Positions 25,395-34,881 of a DNA stretch of 62,867 nt are shown here, in pieces. A program made the position numbers and the translations under genes. Within the stretch, counting starts at the first letter, position 1. Every line of letters starts with the position of its first letter. Source of the stretch: Sphingomonadaceae bacterium (GTDB taxonomy: Bacteria; Chloroflexota; UBA6077); assembly GCA_050261575.1 (NCBI GenBank), contig JBLNDL010000008.1:1-62867 (forward strand). Reading direction: 5' to 3'. Under the pieces are notes generated by a model that saw nothing but the letters and a program-made list of their open reading frames with translations, was not told the DNA's origin and did not search any database.

Positions 25395-27286
25395 GGTTGG
25401 AACACTCCGATGGCAATCAGTATCGCCGCGCCGATGGCGATGCCCATGGCGTACCGGCGTACCACTCCCGATTGCGTCGCACCGAGGATGCGCCAGAGGA
25501 GCAGGTTCAGCCCCGCAATGCCTCTGTAAAGGAGGTCGACGAAATCCCCCCGGTTGGTGTTGGCGAACCATACCACCGGCCGGACGACGAGGTTGTCGTA
25601 GAGCCAGTCGAAGCCCCAACCGGCCAGCCAGAATCGGCGCAGGGTCGCTCCCCAGCCGGTGCGCGCCAGGTTGGAGGCGAGTCTGGGGCTCTGCTGGAAG
25701 AAGAGGTAGGCCAGGTAGATGCCGGCCAGCGACGCCAGCGAGCCGATGGCCGCGAGCACGAACTCCAGGCCCGGTGCGGCGCCTGCCAGCCTGGTGGCTG
25801 GCACGGCCGTTTCCAGGAAACGAGATAGTGAGGGCAGCCGCTGGCCTGCGAAGGGCACCTCCACGAAGCCCGCCACCAGCGACAGGAACGCCAGGACCAC
25901 GAGGGGGATCGCCATGGCCGCGCCCGGCCTCCGCTCCACCTCCATCCTCCTGTCGCGAAAGAACACCAGGAAGAGTATCCGGAAGCCGTAGACGGAGGTG
26001 AGCAGCGCCCCCGCCACGCCGACGGCCCAGAACCAGGGACCGCCCTGGTCGGCCAGCCAGGACTGGGTTAGGATCGCTTCCTTGCTGTAGAAGCCGGCAG
26101 TTACGAGGGGGAACCCCGCCAGCGAGGCGGCCGCGATCAGGAAGGTCCAGAAGGCCAGGGGCAGGTCCCGTCGCAGGCCGCCCATCCTGAACATATCCTC
26201 CTCGTGGTGGAGGGCGAGGATCACCACTCCCGCCGACAGGAACATCAGCGCCTTGAAGAAGGCGTGGGTCACGAAGTGGAAGACCCCCGCCGCCCACGCA
26301 CCGACCCCCAGGGCCAGGAACATCAAGCCGACCTGGCTAATGGTGGAGTAAGCGATGGCTCGTTTGATATTGCGCTGGGTCAGCGCGCTGAAGCCAGCGT
26401 AGATCAGGGTGGCGGCGCCGATGACGGCCACCGCAGACTGGACCTGGGGGGCCAGTGCGAAGAGGGCGTGGGTTCGGGCAATCAGGTAGACGCCCGCGGT
26501 GACCATGGTGGCGGCGTGGATCAGGGCGCTCACCGGGGTGGGGCCGGCCATGGCGTCGGGCAGCCAGGTCTGCAGCGGCAACTGGGCCGACTTGCCCAGG
26601 GCGCCGCCCAGCAGCAGCGTCGCCGCGGCGACGGCCAACGCGGACCCGACCGCCCACCGATCGGTTGCTCTGGCCATCAGTTCCTGGACGTCCAGGGTGC
26701 CCAGGTTGGTGAAGATCAGGAGGAGGCCGATGAGGAAGGCCGTGTCGCCCACCCGCGTGACGACGAACGCCTTTCGGGCCGCCCGCCCGTTGGCCGCCTC
26801 CCGATACCAGAAGCCGATCAGCAGGTAGCTGCAGAGCCCCACGCCCTCCCAGCCCAGGAAGAGCACGAGCAGGTTGGAGCCCAGCACCAGGGTCAGCATG
26901 GAGCCCACGAAGAGGTCCATGTAGGCGAAGAACCGAGCGTACCCCTCCTCCCCCTCCATGAACTCCACAGAGTAGAGGAGGATGAGGAAGCCGACGAAGG
27001 TGACGACCAGCACGAAGACCAGAGACAGGGCATCCAGGTAGAAGCTGATCGACGGGGAGAAGCCGTCGACGCTCATCCAGACCCAAAGGGTCTGGGTGAA
27101 GACCATGCCCGGCGGTGGCGTGGCGACGAAATCGATGGCCACCAGGATGGCGAGGAGCGCCGACAGCGCCACGGAGCCGACGCCCACCACCGCCACGCCG
27201 ATTCGAGGCAGGCTGTCCCCTGCCAGCACGAGGATCAGGGTCCCGGCCAGGGGCAGGGCAGGTATCAGCCAGAGGTTCTGGAGCAT
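25391..27286 (-). CDS. nuoL: NADH-quinone oxidoreductase subunit L
   Basis: GKSAQLPLQTWLPDAMAGPTPVSALIHAATMV. Confidence 0.96.
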   Translation of the reverse strand: MLQNLWLIPALPLAGTLILVLAGDSLPRIGVAVVGVGSVALSALLAILVAIDFVATPPPGMVFTQTLWVWMSVDGFSPSISFYLDALSLVFVLVVTFVGFLILLYSVEFMEGEEGYARFFAYMDLFVGSMLTLVLGSNLLVLFLGWEGVGLCSYLLIGFWYREAANGRAARKAFVVTRVGDTAFLIGLLLIFTNLGTLDVQELMARATDRWAVGSALAVAAATLLLGGALGKSAQLPLQTWLPDAMAGPTPVSALIHAATMVTAGVYLIARTHALFALAPQVQSAVAVIGAATLIYAGFSALTQRNIKRAIAYSTISQVGLMFLALGVGAWAAGVFHFVTHAFFKALMFLSAGVVILALHHEEDMFRMGGLRRDLPLAFWTFLIAAASLAGFPLVTAGFYSKEAILTQSWLADQGGPWFWAVGVAGALLTSVYGFRILFLVFFRDRRMEVERRPGAAMAIPLVVLAFLSLVAGFVEVPFAGQRLPSLSRFLETAVPATRLAGAAPGLEFVLAAIGSLASLAGIYLAYLFFQQSPRLASNLARTGWGATLRRFWLAGWGFDWLYDNLVVRPVVWFANTNRGDFVDLLYRGIAGLNLLLWRILGATQSGVVRRYAMGIAIGAAILIAIGVFQP

Positions 27287-27287
27287 A

Positions 27288-27596
27288 TCAGCCTCGCATG
27301 TTGCTGGCGGAGTCGGTATCCAGGGTCCTGAAGTCGTGGTAGAGGCGGAGCACCAGCGCCAGCCCGACCGAGACCTCCGCCGCCGCCATCGCCAGGATGA
27401 AGATGAACATCACCTGCCCATCCGGCTGCTGCCAGCGGGAGCCAGCCACCACGAAGCCGAGCCCCGAGGCGTTCAGCATCACCTCCAGCGACAGCAGGGT
27501 GAAGAGTACGTTGCGCCGGGCCAGCAGGCCGGCGAGCCCCAGCGCGAAGAGGATCGCCGCCAGGATAAGCCCGTGTTCCATGGGGACTGTAGCCAT
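27288..27596 (-). CDS. nuoK: NADH-quinone oxidoreductase subunit K
   Basis: [27 protein letters not shown]. Confidence 0.95.
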   Translation of the reverse strand: MATVPMEHGLILAAILFALGLAGLLARRNVLFTLLSLEVMLNASGLGFVVAGSRWQQPDGQVMFIFILAMAAAEVSVGLALVLRLYHDFRTLDTDSASNMRG

Positions 27597-28114
27597 CACG
27601 CTCCTCCGAATCTCTCCTCTTCTGCCGGCTGCCTGTGGCCCAGGTGGTAGGCTCCCACGAGGCCCGCCAGCAGCAGGAAGGAGGCGACCTCCACCCCTAG
27701 CAGGTAGGGGCCGAAGAGGGCCATCCCCACCTGCCTGGGATCCACGACGCTGCCGGCCTGGGGTTGGTTGCCGCCGCTGGCCAGCACGTAGACCAGTTCC
27801 GCCACCAGCAGAGTCGCCAGTATCGAGGGGCCCACCCACATCCTCGGGGTCCACCACAGCCTTTCCTCCGCGATCCCCTCTGGGCTGAGGTTGAGCATCA
27901 TGATCACGAAGAGGAAGAGGACCATGATGGCCCCCGCGTAGACGATCACCTCCAGGGCTGCCACGAAGGCGGCCCCGAGGGAGTAGAAGACCAGGGCCAC
28001 GGAGAGCAGCGACACGATCAGGTAGAGCAGGGCGTGCACCGCGAACACGCGCGTTACGGCCAGTGCGGTGGCGATCACCGCCACGGCACCCGAGAGGTAG
28101 AAGACTGCGGTCAT
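27596..28114 (-). CDS. nuoJ: NADH-quinone oxidoreductase subunit J
   Basis: [23 protein letters not shown]. Confidence 0.95.
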   Translation of the reverse strand: MTAVFYLSGAVAVIATALAVTRVFAVHALLYLIVSLLSVALVFYSLGAAFVAALEVIVYAGAIMVLFLFVIMMLNLSPEGIAEERLWWTPRMWVGPSILATLLVAELVYVLASGGNQPQAGSVVDPRQVGMALFGPYLLGVEVASFLLLAGLVGAYHLGHRQPAEEERFGGA

Positions 28115-28297
28115 TTCTAAACCCTCAGCTATCAACTGTCAGCGATCGGCCGCCGATACCTCGTGGGGGCCGTGCGCGCGAGGCTCTGCTCGCTCGCTTC
28201 GCACGCCTGCTCGCGTCACGCCGCGTGTGCGCCCTGGTCCCCAGACCCTGGAGTTGAGGCTGTTCCGACCCCGACGGGCTGCAGGAGCCCCCGGCCC

Positions 28298-28816
28298 CTA
28301 CGGCATCAGACTCCGAATATCCACCGGCGGCCTCTCTTCTATCCCTTGGCCCTTGTCCTTCCCCGCTATCGCGATGCCCGCCACCTTGTAGTAGTTGTAT
28401 CCGTGATACTTGCCGGGGCCGCTGATCAACAGGTCCTCCTTCTCGTAAACCAGGTTCTCCCGCCGGTACTCGCTCATGTAGTAGTCCGGCGTGAGCTGTA
28501 TCGCGTAGGTGGGACATGCCTCCTCACAGTAGCCGCAGAAGATGCAGCGGGAGAAGTTGATCCTGAAGAACTCGGGATAGTGCCTGTTGGTCTCGGGATC
28601 GATGGCCAATTGCAGGGAGATGCAGTCCACCGGACAGGCCACCGCGCAGAGGTAGCAGGCGACGCATCGCTCCTGCCCGTCCGGGTCCCGGGAGAGGATG
28701 ATGCGTCCTCGCCACCTCGGGGGCAGGTAGTGGGGATCCTCCGGGTACTGGACGGTCACCCGCTTCTGGAAGGTGTGCAGCAGCACTACCCACAATCCCT
28801 TGAGCACGCTGAGCAC
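28298..28816 (-). CDS. nuoI: NADH-quinone oxidoreductase subunit I
   Basis: [12 protein letters not shown] and [12 protein letters not shown] ferredoxin motifs. Confidence 0.96.
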   Translation of the reverse strand: MLSVLKGLWVVLLHTFQKRVTVQYPEDPHYLPPRWRGRIILSRDPDGQERCVACYLCAVACPVDCISLQLAIDPETNRHYPEFFRINFSRCIFCGYCEEACPTYAIQLTPDYYMSEYRRENLVYEKEDLLISGPGKYHGYNYYKVAGIAIAGKDKGQGIEERPPVDIRSLMP

Positions 28817-28828
28817 CTGGTTTCCCTC

Positions 28829-29782
28829 CTATCCCATCGCCGCGACGACGGCGCCCGTCGCCACCAGATTCAGCAGGGTCACGGGCAGCAGAGCCTTCCA
28901 CGCGAAGCCCATCAGTTGGTCGGGGCGCAGCCTTGGCAGGGTTGCACGCAGCAGGATGAAGAAAGAGATGAAGAAGAAGGTCTTGAGGAAGAACCAGACC
29001 AGCGGCGGCAGCACCGGGCCGAGCCATCCCCCGAAGAACAGCGTCGTGATCAGCATGGAGATCAGGGTGATGCCCATGTACTCCCCGACGAAAAACATCC
29101 CGAACTTCATGCCGGAGTACTCGGTGTGGAAGCCTGCCATCAACTCGCTCTCGGCCTCCGGCAGATCGAAGGGCGCCCGCCGGGTCTCGGCGACGCCGGC
29201 TACGAGGAAGGCCACCAGGCCGAGGAACTGCGGCACGCAGAACCAGATCCTTTGCTGGGCCTCGACGATGTCGCTCAGGTTGAACGACCCGGCGATCATC
29301 ACCACTCCCATGAGCGACAGCCCCATGAACACCTCGTAGCTGAGCATCTGTGCAGCGGCCCGCATCGCACCGAGGAGGGGGTACTTGCTGTTAGAGGCCC
29401 ATCCAGCCAGCACGATGCCGTACACGCTCATCGAGGACATGGCGAGGAAGAAGAGCAGCCCGATGTCGAGGTCCGCCACGACGATGCCCGGGGCGAAGGG
29501 GACGACGGCGAAGGAGGCCATCACCGCGATCAGGATGATCGTCGGGGCGAGGACGAAGATGCCCCTGCTAGCGAAGGGCGGGATCCAGTCCTCCTTGAAG
29601 AATATCTTGATCATATCCGCCGGCACCTGCAGCAGTCCGAAGGGGCCAACCCGATTGGGGCCGTACCGGTCCTGCCACAGCGCCAGTAGCCGCCGCTCCA
29701 CGTAGATGAGCGACGCCGCGATGGCGATCACGACGGCCAGGACGGCCAGGACCACCGCTATCGGACCGAGGATCTCGTTCAA
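28829..29782 (-). CDS. nuoH: NADH-quinone oxidoreductase subunit H
   Basis: [31 protein letters not shown]. Confidence 0.96.
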   Translation of the reverse strand: MNEILGPIAVVLAVLAVVIAIAASLIYVERRLLALWQDRYGPNRVGPFGLLQVPADMIKIFFKEDWIPPFASRGIFVLAPTIILIAVMASFAVVPFAPGIVVADLDIGLLFFLAMSSMSVYGIVLAGWASNSKYPLLGAMRAAAQMLSYEVFMGLSLMGVVMIAGSFNLSDIVEAQQRIWFCVPQFLGLVAFLVAGVAETRRAPFDLPEAESELMAGFHTEYSGMKFGMFFVGEYMGITLISMLITTLFFGGWLGPVLPPLVWFFLKTFFFISFFILLRATLPRLRPDQLMGFAWKALLPVTLLNLVATGAVVAAMG

Positions 29783-29894
29783 TCTAGTACTTCACAATCG
29801 TGTTCTGGTGGCGGCCATCCTGAGCCGGTTCGCCATCCTTTGCGGCAGCTTCGCCCAGTATGGCAACGGGTGTCACAGCCACCTTGGACGGGTG

Positions 29895-29968
29895 CCAAGC
29901 AGGTATCTCCAGGTGCCGTACTCGTTTCCCGCCAGAGAAGTTGACACGAACAAGACATACCTGCTTAG
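29895..29968 (+). repeat. ~75-nt dispersed hairpin element, copy 2 (antisense in the nuoG-nuoH spacer)
   Basis: CCAAGCAGGTATCTCCAGG...CTCGTTTCCCGCCAGAGAAGTTGACACGAACAAGACATACCTGCTTAG. Confidence 0.88.
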
Positions 29969-29976
29969 ACAGTCGC

Positions 29977-32748
29977 TCACCAGCGACCCCACTCGATTTT
30001 GGTCGGCAAGGTAACCCCCTCGAGTCCCGGCAGCCCCGCGGGAACGCCGGCAACCCCTGGGGGTAGGGTTGGGATCAGCTTCAGCGCCAACCGGCGCATT
30101 CTGCCCCCCAACTCCACGTCGAGCTCCTCACCCTCCCGCAGCCCGTGCCGCTCCGCCTCCTCCGGGCTCAGGGCCAGGTAGGGTTGCGGTGCGAGTTCCG
30201 CGATGCCCTTGCTCGAGACGCTCAACTCCTCGGACCCGAAGATGTGGTAGAGAGGGACCACCAGCCACTCGCCGGGCCGAGGCTCGAAGGCTTCGGGTGC
30301 TCTCTCGAAGAGGTCGGGCTCCGCGCCCAGGACGGGCTCGATCAGCCGCTTCCCTGGGGAGCCACCCCGCAGCGGCCCCGAGACCTCCTCCTGGAACTTG
30401 ATGAGGGCCTGCTCGGAGTTCCAGCCGGGGGCCCAGAAGCGCGGGATCAGGGGCGAGGGTGGCTGGCCCTGGTAGCCCTCCATGGAGAAGGCGAGGGGGC
30501 TATCCGGATCGTCGGGCGGCTTCGGCTCGCTGACGTCGATGTTAGCCGTCATGGCTGTGCGCCCGCTGTATCGATAGTGCTGGCGGGCGATCTTCGTGCC
30601 GTGTATCCGGAAGGTGCTGGGGGGCGCGATCTCCGCCACGGGTTCGAAGACGGGCACGGCTTTCGCAAACGCCCCGACGACGTCGTCCAGGGAATCCCAG
30701 AGCATGGGTCTATCCCATCCGGTGGCGACCGCTACATCCCTTAGCCATCGCCAGCTTTCCTGCACCGTGCCCTTCGGAACGAACACCTGGTAGAAGCGCT
30801 GCGCGCGTCCCTCCTGGTTCACGAGGGTGCCGTCGGACTCGGCGAAGGTGGCGGCGGGCAGCACCACGTCCGCCTTCACCGTGGTCCGATTGGCCAGGTG
30901 GTCCAGGACGACCACGTTGGGGGCGGCCGCGAGGAAGGCATCCACCCTCGCGGCATCCGCCCGCCTGTAGAGGTCGTTCTCCAGGACCACGACGGTGTCG
31001 GCTCGCCCCTCCTGCACCGCACGGAACGCCTCCTGGATGCTCTTGCCGCCCAGGAGGCCGAGCCCCAGGGTGTTGCACTCGGATACCACGTAGGAGAGGC
31101 TGGCCGGGCGGCCCGCCCGCCTCAGCGCCCACGCCACATCGGCGGCGGCCTGGACGATCTCTTCGCTGCCCAGGCTGGTTCCGGAGACGACGAGCGGGCG
31201 CTCGGCGTCCAGCAACGCCCGCGCGACGGCATCCGCGAGGTCGCGCACCTCGTCGGGGAGGTCCAGGCCGGCCGCTCCCTTGCCTTTCCCTGCCTGGCCG
31301 CTCACCTCCTCCGCGACGGCGAAGCCGAGGCGGGCCAGATCGGCCGGCGCGGCGTGGAAGCTCCGGGTGGCCACATCCGCGAGACGGGTCTCGGCGGCGG
31401 TAGCCAGGAAGAGGGGTCCGGTCTCCTGGCCGATCACCTCCCGAGCGGCGGCATCGTTCCACTGCGGGATCCCCATGGCTGCCACCTTCTTCAGCGGTTG
31501 CTGTCGCACCGATTGGCGAAGCGCCAGCGCCAGCATGGGAGCCGCGTTGGTGACGTCCTCCCCCAGAACCAGCACGGCGTCGGACTCCCTGACCTGCTTC
31601 AAGGAGGCGGACGGTGCCGGCCCATCTCGGAGGATCCTGAGCATCGTGGAGACGAGCCGAGCCTCCCCCTCGGACATCCCCAGGTAGAAGTTGTCAGGCC
31701 CGACGAGGGTGCGAAGCGCGAAGTTGGCCTCCAGCGAGGCCCTGGGGGAGCCGATCCCGATGACGCGCTTGCTGCGGGACAGGATCTTGCCCAGTTGCTC
31801 TAGTGCCTGTTCCGGCTCGATGGGCCTGAGGGCTGAGGACTGACGACTGAGCCCGGGCGGCGCTTCCTCGGTCCTCACTCCTTGGCTCTCGGTCCTCGCG
31901 AGGGGCTGGCGGATACGGCGGTCGCTGTTCACGAACTCGTAGCCGAAGCGGCCGCGATCGCACAGGAAGTTCCAGTTCACCTCTTCGTTGTAGCGTGTGC
32001 GTATACGCCTCAAGAGGTCGTACCGCTCACCGGGGATGGTGTTGCAGCCCACCGAGCAGTGCACGCAGATGGAGGGGGCGGTTTGGAGGTCCCACTTGCG
32101 GGCGTAGTGGCTGGAGAAGGTTCTGTCGGTGAAGACCCCGACGGGGCACACCTCCACCAGGTTCCCCGCGAACTCGTTCTCCAGGACGCCGTCCTCGTAG
32201 CGGCCGAAGTACACTGAGTCGTGGATGGCGAAGACGTTCAGATCCCGACCTCCAGCGTAATCCCTGTAGTAGCGGACGCAGCGGTAGCACTGGATGCAGC
32301 GGTTCAGCTCGTGGTTGACGAAGGGCCCGAGGTACTGGTTGCGGTAGGTGCGCTTCTTGAACCGGCTGCGCCGGTACACGTGCCCCGTCATCAGGGTCAT
32401 GTCCTGGAGGTGGCACTCGCTCCCCTCGTCGCACACAGGGCAGTCGTGGGGGTGGTTCAGCATCAGCCACTCGATGACCCTTGCCCGAAACGCCTTGGCA
32501 TCGGGGTCGTCGATGGAGATGCGGGCCCCGTCGGCGGCCGGCGTCATGCATGCCATGACGATCCTGCCGCGGGTGTCCTTCTCGTCTCTGAACTGCTTCA
32601 CCGCGCACTGCCGGCAGGCCCCCACGGAGTGCATGGCCGGATGCCAGCAGAAGAAGGGCAGGTCGAAGCCCAGGGAGAGGCACGCCTGAAGCAGGTTCTG
32701 TCCGTCTTTGACCTCGTAGGGCCTGTTGTCCACGTAGATCGTCGGCAT
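29977..32748 (-). CDS. nuoG: NADH-quinone oxidoreductase subunit G (long, E. coli type)
   Basis: CWHP..GACRQC; HPHDCPVCDE..EC; CIQCYRC; N7 motif CVHCSVGCN...C. Confidence 0.96.
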   Translation of the reverse strand: MPTIYVDNRPYEVKDGQNLLQACLSLGFDLPFFCWHPAMHSVGACRQCAVKQFRDEKDTRGRIVMACMTPAADGARISIDDPDAKAFRARVIEWLMLNHPHDCPVCDEGSECHLQDMTLMTGHVYRRSRFKKRTYRNQYLGPFVNHELNRCIQCYRCVRYYRDYAGGRDLNVFAIHDSVYFGRYEDGVLENEFAGNLVEVCPVGVFTDRTFSSHYARKWDLQTAPSICVHCSVGCNTIPGERYDLLRRIRTRYNEEVNWNFLCDRGRFGYEFVNSDRRIRQPLARTESQGVRTEEAPPGLSRQSSALRPIEPEQALEQLGKILSRSKRVIGIGSPRASLEANFALRTLVGPDNFYLGMSEGEARLVSTMLRILRDGPAPSASLKQVRESDAVLVLGEDVTNAAPMLALALRQSVRQQPLKKVAAMGIPQWNDAAAREVIGQETGPLFLATAAETRLADVATRSFHAAPADLARLGFAVAEEVSGQAGKGKGAAGLDLPDEVRDLADAVARALLDAERPLVVSGTSLGSEEIVQAAADVAWALRRAGRPASLSYVVSECNTLGLGLLGGKSIQEAFRAVQEGRADTVVVLENDLYRRADAARVDAFLAAAPNVVVLDHLANRTTVKADVVLPAATFAESDGTLVNQEGRAQRFYQVFVPKGTVQESWRWLRDVAVATGWDRPMLWDSLDDVVGAFAKAVPVFEPVAEIAPPSTFRIHGTKIARQHYRYSGRTAMTANIDVSEPKPPDDPDSPLAFSMEGYQGQPPSPLIPRFWAPGWNSEQALIKFQEEVSGPLRGGSPGKRLIEPVLGAEPDLFERAPEAFEPRPGEWLVVPLYHIFGSEELSVSSKGIAELAPQPYLALSPEEAERHGLREGEELDVELGGRMRRLALKLIPTLPPGVAGVPAGLPGLEGVTLPTKIEWGRW

Positions 32749-32927
32749 CCTCTATCTCCACCGGCACCGTTTCTCGGTGATCACGTCTGGCGGCGGAGCT
32801 GTGGCCGCAGGCTTCAGCCTGCACGCACCCGCAGGTCCGCCCCCTGCAACCGCCCGCGGTCTCTACATGCGTGGCGCGGCGGTGTGCTGCACGTGCCAAC
32901 GGGTGCAGCCAAATGGCCATTCCTCGC

Positions 32928-34202
32928 TCACCGCCACGGGCAGCGCTTCTCCCTCACGTGCCTCTCGAAGTCCTCTCGGAAGAGCTTCAGGGCGCTTTGC
33001 AGCGGCTCGACCGCCCCCGGCGCGAGCGCGCAGAAGGTGTTGCCCGGGCCGAGCAGCCCGCACATCTGCGCGAGCGTCTCCAAGTCCTCCGGTGCCCCGT
33101 TCCCATCCTCCAGGGCCTGGAGCAGGTTCCTCACCCAGGGCAGCCCCTCCCTACAGGGGGTGCACCAGCCGCAGGACTCCTGAGCGAAGAACTGCTCCAG
33201 ATTCAGCACCATCCCCACCGGACAGGTGCGGTCGTCCAGGACGATCATGGTGCCGGTGCCCAGCCGGCTGCCGGCCGCCTGCACCGACCCGTAGTCCATC
33301 TTCACATCCAGGTGGTCCGCCACCAGGAAGTCGGTGGAAGCGCCGCCGGGCTGCAATCCGCGGAATCCGTAGCCCTCCCGCATCCCGCCAGCGTGCTCCT
33401 CCAGGATCTCCCGGATGGTGGTGCCCATCGGCAGCTCCCACACGCCGGGCCGCTTCACCCGGCCGCTCACCCCGTAGATCTTCGTGCCCCCGTCGGGCGA
33501 CCGGCTCAACCCCTTGTACCACTCCGCCCCGTTGTTCACGATGTGGGGCACGTTGCAGAGGGTCTCCACGTTGTTCACCACGGTCGGCTTGCCCCACAGC
33601 CCCGCCGTCTGGGGGAAGGGAGGCCTCGCGCGGGGGGTGGCTCGTTTCCCCTCAAGGGAGTTCAGCAGGGCGCTCTCCTCGCCGCAGATGTAGCGGCCGG
33701 CGCTGGTGTGAAGCCGCATCTCCAGGCTGTAGCCCGATCCCAGGATGTTCTTCCCCAGGTAGCCCGCTTCGTAGGCTTCGCCGATCGCCTTGCTCAACAG
33801 TCGGGCCGACAGGACGTACTCGCTCCTCAGGAAGATGTAGGCGACGTCGGCCTGGATGGCGTAGGCCGAGACGATCATCCCCTCGACCAGTTGGTGGGGG
33901 TCGCGCTCCATGAGAAACCGATCCTTGAAGGTGCCCGGCTCCATTTCGTCGGCGTTCGCCACCAGGTACTTCGGCCGCCGGACGTCGTCGCCCATCGGGA
34001 CCACGCTCCACTTGATGCCCGTCGGGAACCCGGCGCCACCGCGCCCCCGCAGGCTCGAGTCCTTCACCACCTGCTGGACGTCCTGTGGCGACATGCTCCC
34101 GACGGCCTTCCGCACCGCCTGGTAGCCGCCGGCCCTCTCGTATCCCCTCAGGTCCAGGGGCTCCTCCCCGGGCCGGATGTTCTTAGTCAGCGGTCTTTCC
34201 AT
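32928..34202 (-). CDS. nuoF: NADH-quinone oxidoreductase subunit F
   Basis: RGRGGAGFPTG; NADEMEPGTFKD; YICGEESAL; ESCGWCTPCREG. Confidence 0.96.
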   Translation of the reverse strand: MERPLTKNIRPGEEPLDLRGYERAGGYQAVRKAVGSMSPQDVQQVVKDSSLRGRGGAGFPTGIKWSVVPMGDDVRRPKYLVANADEMEPGTFKDRFLMERDPHQLVEGMIVSAYAIQADVAYIFLRSEYVLSARLLSKAIGEAYEAGYLGKNILGSGYSLEMRLHTSAGRYICGEESALLNSLEGKRATPRARPPFPQTAGLWGKPTVVNNVETLCNVPHIVNNGAEWYKGLSRSPDGGTKIYGVSGRVKRPGVWELPMGTTIREILEEHAGGMREGYGFRGLQPGGASTDFLVADHLDVKMDYGSVQAAGSRLGTGTMIVLDDRTCPVGMVLNLEQFFAQESCGWCTPCREGLPWVRNLLQALEDGNGAPEDLETLAQMCGLLGPGNTFCALAPGAVEPLQSALKLFREDFERHVREKRCPWR

Positions 34203-34298
34203 CCAGGTTCCCAGTCCTCGTCGGTTGGCACGGCGGGCGGGCGGGCCAGCAGCGCGTGGCGAGCGCGAGCGCAGCGTCACGCGGTCCCCACGGCCCCC

Positions 34299-34763
34299 CT
34301 ACGGGTAGCTCGCCAGGATCGCCTCCAGCTTCTCCGGGGTCAGATCCCCGTGGAGGTCTTCGTCCACCATCATCGCGGGGGCGTGGTCGCAGGCCCCCAG
34401 GCATACTATGGGCAGCAGGGTGAACCTGCCGTCAGGCGTGGTCTCGCCGAAGTCGACGCCGAGCAGACGGGTCAGGTGGCTCTTCACGTCCTCGTACCCC
34501 ATGATCCAGCAACTGACGCTGTTGCAGACCAGGATCACGTGCCTGCCCACCGGCCTGCGGAATATGAGGTTGTAGAAGGTGGCCACTCCGTCCAGTTCGG
34601 CGGGGGTCATGCCCAACAGCTCGCCCAGGTCGTGGAGGCTCTCGTCGGACACGTAGCCGCGGTGGCGTTGGACCACCTTCATCGCCTCTATGCAGGCGGC
34701 CGACCTGTCCTCGTAGTGGCTCAGCTCGGCTTCGATCTCCCGTCTCTCTTCCTCGGTCAACAT
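34299..34763 (-). CDS. nuoE: NADH-quinone oxidoreductase subunit E
   Basis: VATFY; CNSVSC; CLGACDHAP. Confidence 0.95.
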   Translation of the reverse strand: MLTEEERREIEAELSHYEDRSAACIEAMKVVQRHRGYVSDESLHDLGELLGMTPAELDGVATFYNLIFRRPVGRHVILVCNSVSCWIMGYEDVKSHLTRLLGVDFGETTPDGRFTLLPIVCLGACDHAPAMMVDEDLHGDLTPEKLEAILASYP

Positions 34764-34881
34764 CTTTCTGTCTTGCGCCAGTCTGTTGTTGCCCTGGGTC
34801 CTGGGTCCTGAGTCCCGAGTCCTTCAGACAGCACGACAGCACTCAGGACGCGGGACCCAGCACTCGGGTTTGGCTCCTCGA

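Noticed and set aside
22453..26297. Apparent 987-aa and 800-aa fused Nuo ORFs
   Set aside because: Upstream extensions overlap nuoM and nuoL out of frame; real starts are near 23892 and 25394.
29820..29860. c-di-GMP-I riboswitch-like GGGCGAAGCTGCCGCAAAGG on minus
   Set aside because: Lacks the downstream GACGCAAAGC and second stem.
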